A stretch of 64,000 bases of DNA from contig NW_021832854.1 of assembly GCF_006345805.1 (NCBI RefSeq), forward strand, positions 1-64,000. The letters run 5' to 3'. The position numbers were made by a program, and so were the translations under genes. How positions within the stretch are numbered: the first letter of the stretch is position 1; the number at the start of each line of letters is the position of its first letter. Under the pieces are notes generated by a model that was not told the DNA's origin, ran no database searches, and saw nothing but the letters and a program-made list of their open reading frames with translations. Below are positions 35,160 to 46,439 of this stretch, in pieces. The stretch comes from Octopus sinensis (lineage: Eukaryota).

Positions 35160-38100
35160 CATACTTGCTATATACTTCCATCTTTTACGAAACACACTTT
35201 GCGACAGGCATTTCTTGTTTTCCATTTCATGTGGAAAATGAAAAAGTTGATTAGCTCGAGACTGGAGATTAACATGCCTGTTGCAATTCCTTTCACTCTC
35301 GTCTTCCATACTACTTCTTTCGCCATAGCAACTACCGAGAGGAAACAGGCTCGCTCCTCCCTATTCAGGGAGGTTGGCGGAACTATCTTAATTACATATT
35401 CGCTCGACAGTTGTACTCTTCTCGAATGTGACAGCAGGTGTTCGACATAAGCCCAGAGTTCAGTCACCTTGGGGCATTGCACAATCGCGTGCAGGACAGT
35501 TTCACTGTCCCTCTCACATCTTGCACAAACCGGCGAAGGTGCACACCCATGTCTAAAGAGCTTATCTCAAACCAGTAAAGCTCCTCTGTAACATTGCCAG
35601 GCCAGGGACTTTTGGTAATTATCCAAAGGCCCTGGACCGAATGTTCTTTGGAACAGGCTGGCCAGTTGATTTTCGTCGAAGCCCAGGGTTTTTCCCAGGA
35701 TGTCATCACACTTAAACTCTACTAACCCTCTATAGAAGAACGAGGTAGTACCCCCGTCAAAGGCGTTGCTCGGCTGGGAGAGAAGCACGAGTGCCTGATG
35801 GCACTCTACATGCCACATGCCCAACCTCGGTCTACACTTGATCCATGGGTTCAGTTTGGCAAATGATGTGAACTGTGGAAATAACAGCTTGACGAACGGA
35901 GACCACACCTGAGCACATGTCTGCGCATTTTTAGCCACAGCATCCCTAACCCACCCTTCAGTGGCTTTTGGCAGCAAATAGATCGCCTTACAAGAGGTCT
36001 GCTGCCCCTCCACAAAAAGCGAAAAAACATGCGTTCCAGTTTGTTCAGCCACGAATTGGGGCAAGGCATGACGGTCAGGCGGTAAGTGATTACAGAGGCG
36101 ATAAACACCTCTGCAACCACTGCCCTCCCTTTCAAGGACAGCTTCCGCTCAGACCAGGCCTGAGATAGGAGAGCCACCTTTCTCGCCACCTCGCTCCAAT
36201 TCTTCTCTATCTAGAGATCTGGACCTAACCAGATTCCAAGCATTTTCAGCAGCCCTTCCGTCCAACGTCCTACGACGCTGTCGGAAGACATCGACTTGCC
36301 CCTCCAAGTGCCGAGTTGCAAGCCGACTGATTTATCCCGGTTGACTTTCGCTCCTGCCACCGCTTCGTAGTCCCTTGAGGCCTCACCCACCCACTGTAGG
36401 TGCTCGACTCAGGATACGATGATGGTGATGTCGTCCGCATACGCCGTCCGCACCCTAGATCTTGCGGAGTGGCCCTCATAGTTTCCAACCTCCTCAGCAA
36501 CAGCTCGAGGGCCAAAACGTAGAGAAGCAGGGAGGGAGGACACCCTTGAAGTACCGAACGTTCAATGCAGAACAGCTCCAAAAAGAAACCATTCACCGAA
36601 ACTATCGATTCGATGTGGCTGTATAAAGCGTTGATCCATCCATGGATGGTCGGGCCGAAGCCAGCTGCTGTGAGGACTGCCGCCAGATACTTATGGTCCA
36701 CCCTATCGAACGCTTTCGATTGGTCCAAGTGGACCATAGCCCCACCCTTGCCAGGAATCCTATTTACCCTTTCTAAGGCATAGTGTAGAAAGTGGAGATT
36801 GTAGTGGATGGTCCTTCCAGGGATGGCGCAAGTTTGCGCCTCGCCAGCAAGTTTACCCACGACCCGCGCCAACCTTTTTGCTAAGACCTTGGCCAAAATC
36901 TTCAACTCTGCGTTAAGCAGAGTGATGGGCCGAAAATTATCAATTAAATCCCCCTTGTTTGGGTCCTTTCTTAACAGCACTACCACCCCTCAGCTCACAG
37001 ACTTAGGAATTCTCCCGTTCTGCTGCCAGTTGGTGTACACGCATGCAAGTAAGTGCCCAAACAAGTCTGGTATGCTACTATAGAGTTTGTAAGGCAAACC
37101 ATCGAGTCCCAGCAATTTGTCCCCGCCGCTGACTGCCAACACATCCTCGACTTCTTTGGCTGTGATCGGCGCCTCACAAGATTCCGCGTCCGGCCTCGAT
37201 AGACGCGGCGAACTGGCTAGGAAGTCTGCAAGCTTCTCCTTGCGCTCCAGTCTGCTGCTCCTCCCGAATAGCTGGGCGAAATGATCGTGAAACACCTTGC
37301 ACATCTCCTCGGGTTCGTTTACTAATCGACCATTTGGGCCTGTCAAAGATCGAATGGTTGAGTTGTTGCCTTGCTGGCCCTCTACCACCCGGGCTTCGTT
37401 GATCCCTTCCTGTCTCATTGCACGGATCTTAGCCCTGACAATGCACCCTTCATGTTTAGCTTTGAGATGTTGGTCGAGTGCCAACCTCGCCGCTAACACT
37501 TTCAATGCACTGCCTGACCTCATTGCCTTATCTATTGCCTTAACTAGTTCCTTTTCTACTTTGTTTCTAGCACTAGCTAATTCTTTGCTAAACCTAATTG
37601 ACTCGAATTTGATGGCTCTTTTCAGGGCGTACCACCATTTGTTGTTGATAATGGATCTGGTTAACGCCCTCATTACTAATTGTTTAATCTGATTCCTGTT
37701 GGCTTCACAGTCCAATAGTGACTTGTTTAGCTTCCAGTAACCGGTACCTCGTCTACACATGCTATCTATGTTGAGTGTACAGGTCACTAATTTGTGATCG
37801 CTGTAGCTGACGATATGGTGTTGTGGACAGCTAAGTATTTTCTTATCTTTCCTTCTAGTTATGATTCTATGTATGTAAGATCTGGACGACCCGTCGTTTC
37901 TTGCCCAGGTCCACGCTGGAGTGTCTGGGTGGTCCAGTCTGAATTGATCTGCCAACTAGAAACGACTTAGCAGATTGTTGAGGTGAGGTAATCCCCTCCT
38001 ATTCTTTCTTGAGCCAACATAATCTACGCTTGCATCGCAAATTATGTTGAAGTCACCTAGCAATACTAACGTGTTTGACGTGTCAAGAAAATTCTCTAGG

Positions 38101-38480
38101 CTTTTGAAGTAATCTTTCTGCCCAGCTTTTCCTTCGCAGGGAGCATAGACAGCGACCAGCCTGAACACTTTACCACTGCTGTGCATCACATCCAAAACGA
38201 CCAACCTGCCTTCCAGATCTATAAAGACAGTTCTAATCTCTAAATCCAGATTTTTTCTGACCAGTACTGCCACTCCTCCACCCCCTCCAGGTTGACAGGG
38301 AGAAATGTATTTCTTGTAGCCGTTTAGAAGGGGCGAAAAAGCCTGCAGCCCAATCAGTCTGGATTCGGTGATTACAACTACATCCAAACAATGCGACCTA
38401 AGGTCGTTAAGGAGGTAGCCTTGCTTCCAATATGACCCCAGGCCGCGAATATTTATACAACCGAGTTTAAACGAGAATGT
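35160..38480 (-). pseudogene. Tx1 ORF2: APE endonuclease, reverse transcriptase and C-terminal zinc-binding domain, disrupted
   Basis: CINIRGL, VITES, GGGGVAVL, VYAP, LGDFN, IVSYSDH, GYWKLN, GLDG, FRPITLLN, LDQSKAFDRVDH, QGCP, AYADD (36428-36442), ETVLHAIVQCP. In-frame stops at 37956 and 36990, frameshifts further 3'. Confidence 0.93.
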
Positions 38481-38834
38481 GAAAAATTAGTCGAATGTTT
38501 AAAACTTACTGTTTTAACGGAAGAGAGGGTGTAGTTTCACCCTCCTCTTTTCTGTCTGTGAATGTTGTGTTTTGCTAGGTAATTTTTTTCGTGATTTGCC
38601 TGTACAGATGGCTCGAAAAGTTCATCTGTAATGGGCCAACGTCCTCCGCAAAAGATTTTTTTAGTTCAAAATAGTCAGAGTTATCTATAGTATAAAATTC
38701 GACATTTTCAGAAATAGTATTATTTACTTCTGTTGCGATATATTTTTTCGCCGATTTCATTAAAATAATTTTGTCTCTTAATAGTTTATTATTTTTGTTT
38801 ATCGCCATGAAGGTGTTTCTCTTTTTTATGTTAG

Positions 38835-40255
38835 GCGATTGTGGAGGGGTGTGTGTGTGCTTGTAGAAGCGTGGGTGTTTGTAGGTGTGTATGTGCTTTT
38901 TCCAGTGTGTGTGTTTTTTTGGCTACGTGTGTGTTTGCGACTGTATTTGTGGGTGTGGGTGTGCTTGTCTGTCTCGGAGCATAGTCCTGTGTATCCGAAG
39001 AGGGTGGGTTTTTCCGTTTCCGTCTTCTTTTTGAGGGTTCTATGGTGACTCACTCCTGGATGTTGTTGTTGTTTTCTCCCGCTGTCGGCTGAGCTTCGGC
39101 AATTGGGGTGCGTGACGTGGCTGCTATTTCTAGCGGTTTGGTTGTTGTCTTCGGCGTCATGCTTGCCTCTTCTGCAGTATTTTCTTTGGCTGTCTTCTTC
39201 TTACAGCTCGACCTTATGTGGCCTTTCTCGCCACATTTGTAACACCTGGGCTTTCTCCCCTCGACTACCACCATCATGCTGGTATTTTCTCCAGTTGTGA
39301 GGGAACTGGGCAAGTCTGAGGGGTTTGCTTGGATCACAAGCTCTAAATCTTGTCCAAACCAGTTCATGTGGCAGTATCTCTTAGACTGAAGAATTGGAAT
39401 TTCTTCTTCTTTGCCTAAGAGAATAGCGGCTATGACAAAGGCCACATCTATTTCGGGTGGAATATCTGTGACTTTTATTTTCGAAGTTCTCTTTCCTAGA
39501 TAAGTCGGGAGGAGAACTACATCTTCCAACTTCAATGTCCTTGTTGAATGTTCCCTAGCTTTTTCTTCGCTAGGGAAACGCACCTCTACAGTGCCGAAGC
39601 AACTACCCCTCGTTATATAACTTGTTTGTTGCCATATCAGTCTCAAACATTTTTCGATTGCTTCCCTCAGTACAAAATCGATTTTTTTTATTTTTGACAT
39701 TATATGTCTTGTATATGACAGTTTTTCTCTCCGTCACGTAAATTAATTCACTGGGAGGGAGCAACTTCACATTATCACCTTTCTTAGTAAACCTTGGTAT
39801 TTCTTTTATTCTTCTTTGTTTATAACGATGTTTTTACAGGGGCGAGTTGCTGCACTCGCAAAATTTATTCTTGCCTTTTCCTGTTGTGTAGTAGCCTCGC
39901 TAGACATCTTGTTGTCTGCTTTTGTAATGTTTGCATGAGACGCCTCTTTACTTTCACCTTCCTCAACGTTTTCCTCCGACTCGGAAGAAATTGGTGCCAA
40001 ATTCATGTTTTTCGCTGCTTCCCCCTTGAAAGAAGGGGAAAAGAACAGCAAAACTCTGCTGCAACAGCAGAAAAGAAGTGGTCTCGATGACCAAAACAAC
40101 AAATGTTCACAATTTTCAGCACAAAAACAATCTTTCGCTGCGGAGCAAAGAATAACACAACCGATAAGAGAGAAAGAGAGAGAGATGTTGAGAGAGAGAG
40201 AGCAAGAAGCGCTGTTTGATACCACTCCCTCATTGTTATTACCATTTTGACTCAT
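38835..40255 (-). pseudogene. Tx1 ORF1 (nucleic-acid binding gag-like protein), disrupted
   Basis: RRM-like FGTVEVRF...KIKVTDIPPEI and zinc knuckle CYKCGEKGHIRSSC. The frame continues past the TGA at 39050 into VTIEPSKRRRKRK; an upstream piece at 39806-40255 connects through frameshifts. Confidence 0.8.
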
Positions 40256-40517
40256 CTCTTTTTTAACTCTTACTGAACTCTGCTTCTCCCTAATTGCGTG
40301 ATTTTAGACAAACTTACAAACAAGCTCATTATCATTAATAGATAGGTATGTCAAATTTACCATTTGTTGTCTTTTGGAAGCAGTATCATCGATAATGGCT
40401 GAAATTGGTTTTGACCCTCTGGCTGATAACTAATGAGGAGTTGGTGACCTTCTGTATTTTCTGTTCACCTGGGTATTTAGTATTTGCTCATTTGTTTATT
40501 TACTATACGTTGTTTTG

Positions 40518-40562
<45 letters not shown>

Positions 40563-40639
40563 TGTTTGCTGTCTTCTTTTTATTGAATCTGGAAATATTA
40601 ATGTAGCACATGAACTCCTTAATTTTTTACCTATATCTC

Positions 40640-40841
40640 TTTTTTTTTTCTTTTTACTTGTTTCAGTCATTTGACTGCGGCCATGCTGGAGCACCGCCTT
40701 TAGTCGAGCACATCGACCCCAGGACTTATTCTTTGTAAGCCCAGTACTTATTCTATCGGTCTCTTTTGCCGAAACGCTAAGTGACGGGGACGTAAACACA
40801 CCAGCATCGGTTGTCAAGCAATGCTAGGGGGACAGACACAG

Positions 40842-40893
<52 letters not shown>

Positions 40894-40894
40894 T

Positions 40895-40933
<39 letters not shown>

Positions 40934-41093
40934 GACAGGCTTCTTTCAGTTTCCGTCTACCAAATCCACTCACAAGGCATTGGTCGGCCCGGGGCTATAG
41001 CAGAAGACACTTGCCCAAGATGCCACGCAGTGGGACTGAACCCGGAACCATGTGGTTGGTTAGCAAGCTACTTACCACACAGCCACTCCTGCA

Positions 41094-41095
<2 letters not shown>
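40640..41095 (-). mobile_element. Well-preserved tRNA-derived SINE (octopus OK-like)
   Basis: The minus strand starts ggtgcaggagTGGCTGTGTGGTaag...GGTTCAGTCCC (A/B boxes), then ttgggcaagtgtcttc, an internal (TA)n/(GT)n tract, and ends tgactgaaacaagtaaaa. Confidence 0.85.
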
Positions 41096-41147
<52 letters not shown>

Positions 41148-41451
41148 CATACACTAACAAACAGGCAGTAACACACACACACAACCTATACAGTGTATAT
41201 AGTAATTAATATATATATAGTGTGTGGATATGTGTGTACATTTACTCATAGTGACACACAGATTCATTTACTAATGTCAAATATATACATTTAAATTCAT
41301 TATATATGCTTACTATTCTACATGTTGAAATATTCTTTCTTTACTTTATAACCTGAAATGTATTCACACACACACACACACACACACACGTATACATATA
41401 TATATATGCTTACATATACAGGATATACATTTTTTTTATTCATAATTTCAG

Positions 41452-41525
41452 AAAAGACAGTTACCCAATTACAGCTTGACAAGCTGGACAACGTCCAAAG
41501 ACATTTGTCATCAACAAGTGCAGTG
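41452..41525 (+). CDS. Candidate 74-nt internal exon of an unidentified host gene (xKTVTQLQLDKLDNVQRHLSSTSAV)
   Basis: Acceptor ttttttattcataatttcag and donor GTG|gtaagt; open in two of three frames; no homology recognised. Confidence 0.3.
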
Positions 41526-41859
41526 GTAAGTAGTGACTTGATAGTTTAAATCAATATAAAATTTGTTCACAAACACGCACATATCCATAAAATATGTATC
41601 CACATATAAACACAGAATTGTTGTATTTATTTAATAAAATATCATGTAAATAAACTAAATGTTATTGCAAACTATTTGTTTTAATATAATCTCAGTTAAA
41701 ATTTGGAAACTGTCTTAATTGAAAAATAAATAAAAAGGAAAATTTTCCTGAATTTTATAAATAGTAAATATTTTACTGTGCAGAAGAAAAAGCTGAAAAT
41801 ATAACAGGTCTTATTCACCTGTCACTGTCTTCATGTACCAGTGAATAAAATAAATACTG

Positions 41860-42300
41860 GGTTTAATAAACTGGTGAGTCTGCATGATAAGAAGCTTGCT
41901 TCCTAACCATATAGTCTTGTGTTCAGTTCCATAGTGTGGAACCTTAGACAAAAGCCTTTCACTATAGACTTGGTCTGACCACAGTCTTTTGAGTGGATTT
42001 GGTAGACAGAAATTGAAAGAAGCCCATCATGTATATATGTATACATGTACATGTATATGTTTGTTCCCCACCACCACCACTTGCCAGTGGTGATGGTAGT
42101 GGACAAACACAAAAAAAGAGACTGACAGAATAAATATCAGGCTAAAAAAAATAAATACTGGAATCAGTTTCTTTAACTAAAATCTTTCAAAGTGGTGCCC
42201 CAGCATAGCCACAGTTCAAAGACCGAAATAGATAAAAGATAAACTAGAAAACATTGTCTCAGTATGGTTACATTTCAATGACTGAAACTAGTAAAAGAAT
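41860..42300 (+). mobile_element. Diverged tRNA-derived SINE
   Basis: gcttgcttcctaacca..gttcagttcc head, gagtggatttggtagacagaaattgaaagaagccc, and a body ending tgactgaaactagtaaaagaa. Confidence 0.7.
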
Positions 42301-42569
42301 AACAGTCAGTATCTAACCATCAAGGAACCTTTAGCACAATTGCTTAACCTACTAGAACTAACAGCCAAATTTAATGTGAACCAACTCTTATTGTTGTCAG
42401 AAGTAGACACATTGGATGATTTAGTCTTGGATTCTATTGTACAATGGAATGTACAGTATGCTTAATGGGAAGTTTTCAACTAGTAGTAATTCAAGGCAAA
42501 AATTCAAGACACTGCTTGAGCCAGTACATGATCTTTTTGCTATTGATTCTGTTCTGGGATGTAATTAAT

Positions 42570-43200
42570 ATACTGTACACAGCTTTGCAGCTGCTGCAAA
42601 AGCTTTTGGTTTGACTATAAACAGTAAGAAAAATGGAACTTTTGTATTAGCTCTTTTACATATCTCAGTTCTTTATACAGATAATATGAAGATAAATTAA
42701 GAGATTGAAGCTCAAATTAGAAACATCATTTTTGCATTTCAAAATCTACACTGGCGGTTAGGGAGCCCCTATGATTTCTTTTGAAAAATAAGATTGGTGC
42801 CTATAACACTGTCGTTCTTAAAACTCTTTTCTACATTGCTGAATCATGCACTCCATACATAAAGTACATCGAACATTTTGATTCTTTCCAGATATAGTGT
42901 TTCAAGAGGCAAACTTTTTCCCGTGTAACAGGATGACAGAGTAAAGAATAGTTCTGTAGTATCTAGGTCTTACATCATATATTTTGAGTCATTTCTCATT
43001 AGATCCTTGTAATATGACCAACATATTAAAATAGGATGCAGCCCAAAATCATAAGCTACTCTTTTATGGTGAGATTTATAACATAACTTCCCTTGTCCAA
43101 CAAGTGGGAAATCCTAACTACTCTAGAACATGTGCTTTTAAGCATAGAATAGTTGAACATCATATATGAACAATTTAAAAAGATTGCCATAAATTAGATT
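42570..43200 (+). pseudogene. Old RTE (BovB-like) RT C-terminal remnant
   Basis: FAAAAKAFGLTINSKK, EIEAQI, KIGAYNTVVLKTLFYIAESCT, KLLFYGEI. Confidence 0.7.
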
Positions 43201-45409
43201 TTTTTATGAACTAATAATCTTTGTTTATATTGCAGTTTTGTTGCACTCAAGCAGATTTTAATTTTAAACATGTATCTGAGAGTTTCCATGTTGAAATGGG
43301 GATGTGATCCTTACTTGTGATTACTATAGCAAAGTTTGTAAAAAGTCTCAGTAGTTTGAATGAACATATGCATAGTCAGCCTGTCAATTAAATCTGCAAA
43401 GATTAGTTTTAGAAGCCTCATTCATCATGCATTCTATCAAGTGTGTACAGGTTATACCCGTGATCTTCATAGCCCCCTTGAAACTGGGAAAGTTAATATG
43501 ATTTATATTTGATTTAAGCAGGGAAAATATAAGTAGGATGGGGATTTCAGGGACTTAGCATTCTGGAGATGAAGGATTGGACAGTGGTTAGTGCAGGGCT
43601 TAAACATTTAAACACTGTAGGAGTTGTGAGAGGAAGTGTCAGGTAGGCTTGAGGGGAGGTTATATGCTTATTCACTGGAGCAGAGGCCATTCCAGCTGCA
43701 GTAGACCAAGTTATAGATACAGAAGGAGGCCATCTAACTAAATAGTAAAGCTTTACCATCTAGTTAGATTGCTTTCTTTTAGTCAAGGATCTTTGTGTGA
43801 ACCATCCCAGATACATTCATGTCTACTCACACACACACAGTGATATAATAAATTTGATTTCACACTCAGTCTAATACTATACAGGGAAAGATAATTAAAA
43901 AACAAATTAGTTAAACTAAAGTGTAAAACAGACCTATACAAAAGAAACTAAGTTTTAAATTTCTGTAAATATTTGCTTTCATTTCAAAATGTTTTAAAAT
44001 AGAAACACTTAGCTCAGTCATATACTTGTATTGATTTGGTAAATGATGCTTTTATCATTGACAGAAACTAAAAATATTAAATACTGTTACTTCTTTTGTT
44101 ATAATACTAATAAAGGGCATCTTTAGAAATCTTCATATTTTATGAAAGTATTTTCTTTTTGTCTTATGAAATATGTCTTATGTAAAAAGAGCTCTATGCT
44201 ATAAGGAACTTACTTTTTTTTTTAATCAGTAAACTGTTTGACAAGATTAGTTGAATAAAGGCTAGTGCTTGCAGTAACTTGTAAAATATTAACTGGCAGG
44301 AAGTAGTTTCCTTTCACATTATTCATGTGTTTGTTGATGTAACCATATATGCTTTTAATATACATTAATATATATGTCAGTATCAGAAATAAAATACTGA
44401 ACAACAACTATGCTATTATTCAGTTATTGTAAAGTGGAGAAGAATTTAGTTTCCTACAAATCCATGTAAAGCAAGCTAAAACATGCAGTAATATATGTTT
44501 AGACCAAATTTAGTTTTGTTTGCTTTTGATGATAGAAAGGATTGCACAATATATTATTAAAAAAAATTATACTTAAAAGTCTTGAAATAGCATGATGTTG
44601 GAATGTCCAGAAGATTTCAGTATTAAGAAGAAATATATAGTAGAGGTTATAAGAGATACATGAATGCCGATATTAAGTAATGTTAAGGTTTGGTATTTCT
44701 TAGTCATTTTTATTAGTAGTAAATCTATTACATATAAGATTTGAAATTGCATGTGGCACATTTGCTGCTGGGACAAATATATGTTTTTAAAATTCTATTT
44801 ATTTATTTGTGAATAGTGATCATTTTGAGGTTCAAAGTAGAATCAATTGTTTTTAGTTGTGAACAGAAAATAAAGTCTCATGTTTATTTATCTTTGTAAT
44901 ACAATCTCTGAAGGATTGTATTTATAATTTTTGCTATAATTCAGTAAATTACAGGAGCATTATTGGCTGTTTTATAAAATTAGTTTGAAGATAAAAAAAT
45001 TAATCAAATAAAGAAAAAGCAGTTGATTTAAAATAATATTCCCATCAATCAAGCTCTAATTTAATCTTCTTTGAAATCATTAAAATAACTACATACATCT
45101 CTCTTAATTAGTCACATATAAGAAATAAATTAAGACACAGATAACCATGGCAAGCATGTCCATGGCAAAACTCTTAATAACATCTGTACTAACAAAAAAG
45201 GCTAGAGTGAGTGTTCATTTGGCCAATAGGCATTTATGGCTGCAAAGCATGGACTCTGAACAAATTTGAAGAGAATGTGCTCAGTGCATTTAAAATGTGG
45301 TTGTATAGGAGAATGTTATGAGTTTCTTACAAGGATCATCAGACAGATGAATGGGTGTTACAACATGAAGGTGAAAGATGACAACTCCTAAACATTGGGG
45401 GAAAAAAAA

Positions 45410-45860
45410 AAAGCTCATCTTTTACGGCCATATTCGAAGAAGCAGAAGTTCGGAAAACCTTATGCATGTAAGGCAGTAGATCAAGAGGCAGACAAAGAAA
45501 GCAATGGATGGATAATATCAAGAGCTATTTGAACAAGAGTAGCAAGGCAGCTGGAGAACTTGCACTTGACTTTTGTTGTAGTGTTATCAATGTGCTGTCA
45601 GCGTGTGATATATGACAAAGATGATGAATTCATTTGAATTTCCTTTCACTATGCTCTCACATTATAAACATGTTTGTTATGTGCCTACACTTGGTCCTTT
45701 TGATACTTTGTTATAGTTCTTGCTTATTATTACATTACTTGTCCTATAAACTGAGATTAGACTTAGTACAGAAAAGGTATCAAGCTGTTGGATCAGGTAA
45801 TGAAGATCACAGAGAGGGTCATAGCCCAACTAATTAGGGAGAGAGTCAGTATAGATGAGG
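45410..45860 (+). mobile_element. Two short RTE fragments (45410-45535 C-terminus; 45773-45860 RT piece)
   Basis: FYGHIRR...GSRSRGRQRKQWMDNIK; and aagctgttggatcaggtaatgaag...gatgag, homologous to 26244-26321. Confidence 0.65.
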
Positions 45861-46439
45861 CTTGGTGCACAAACACAAAACTTCTTGATGACCTTAGAAA
45901 CACTGATTTTCCATTTAAATCTGATGTAAATATTTCTCAATTAAAACATTTTGCTATTATTTTATGACCTGATTTTGTTATCAGTTAACACTGCATTCTG
46001 TCTGGATTTCAGTGTGTAGTAAATGAGGTGTCACACTAAAACTTCAGGTTTCCACTTTAATAACTATAAAGCTTATAATATTTTCCAGATTTAGATTAAA
46101 TATTTGGAAATGTGTGCAATTTCAACAAAACTTATGTGTGGAAACATGACTATAGGATTGAAGTTAAAACATTTGATTTCCTATGATAAATGTTTGACTG
46201 AAACCTTAATATTGCAAATAATTTTCAGAAAACAAGCACTTAATACAAATGAAAGAAAATTATATATGTATTGTTATGGATGGACGTGTATAGATGCATG
46301 TTATTGCAATCTGCTAATGTCTAGTTTTTTCCCACTCTCTCTTAAGATTAATATTACAAAAATCAAGTTGGTACTTTTTTATTTTACTTTATCTCTCTCT
46401 CCCCCTCCCTCCCTCTCATATATATATATATATATATGT

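Larger units (their letters stand above)
34780..40260 (-). mobile_element. Near full-length decayed L1/Tx1-clade LINE
   Basis: gag-like ORF1 with a CCHC knuckle, ORF2 with APE, RT and C-terminal Cys/His domain, and a 3' UTR with (TC)n and an A-rich end. Confidence 0.93.
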
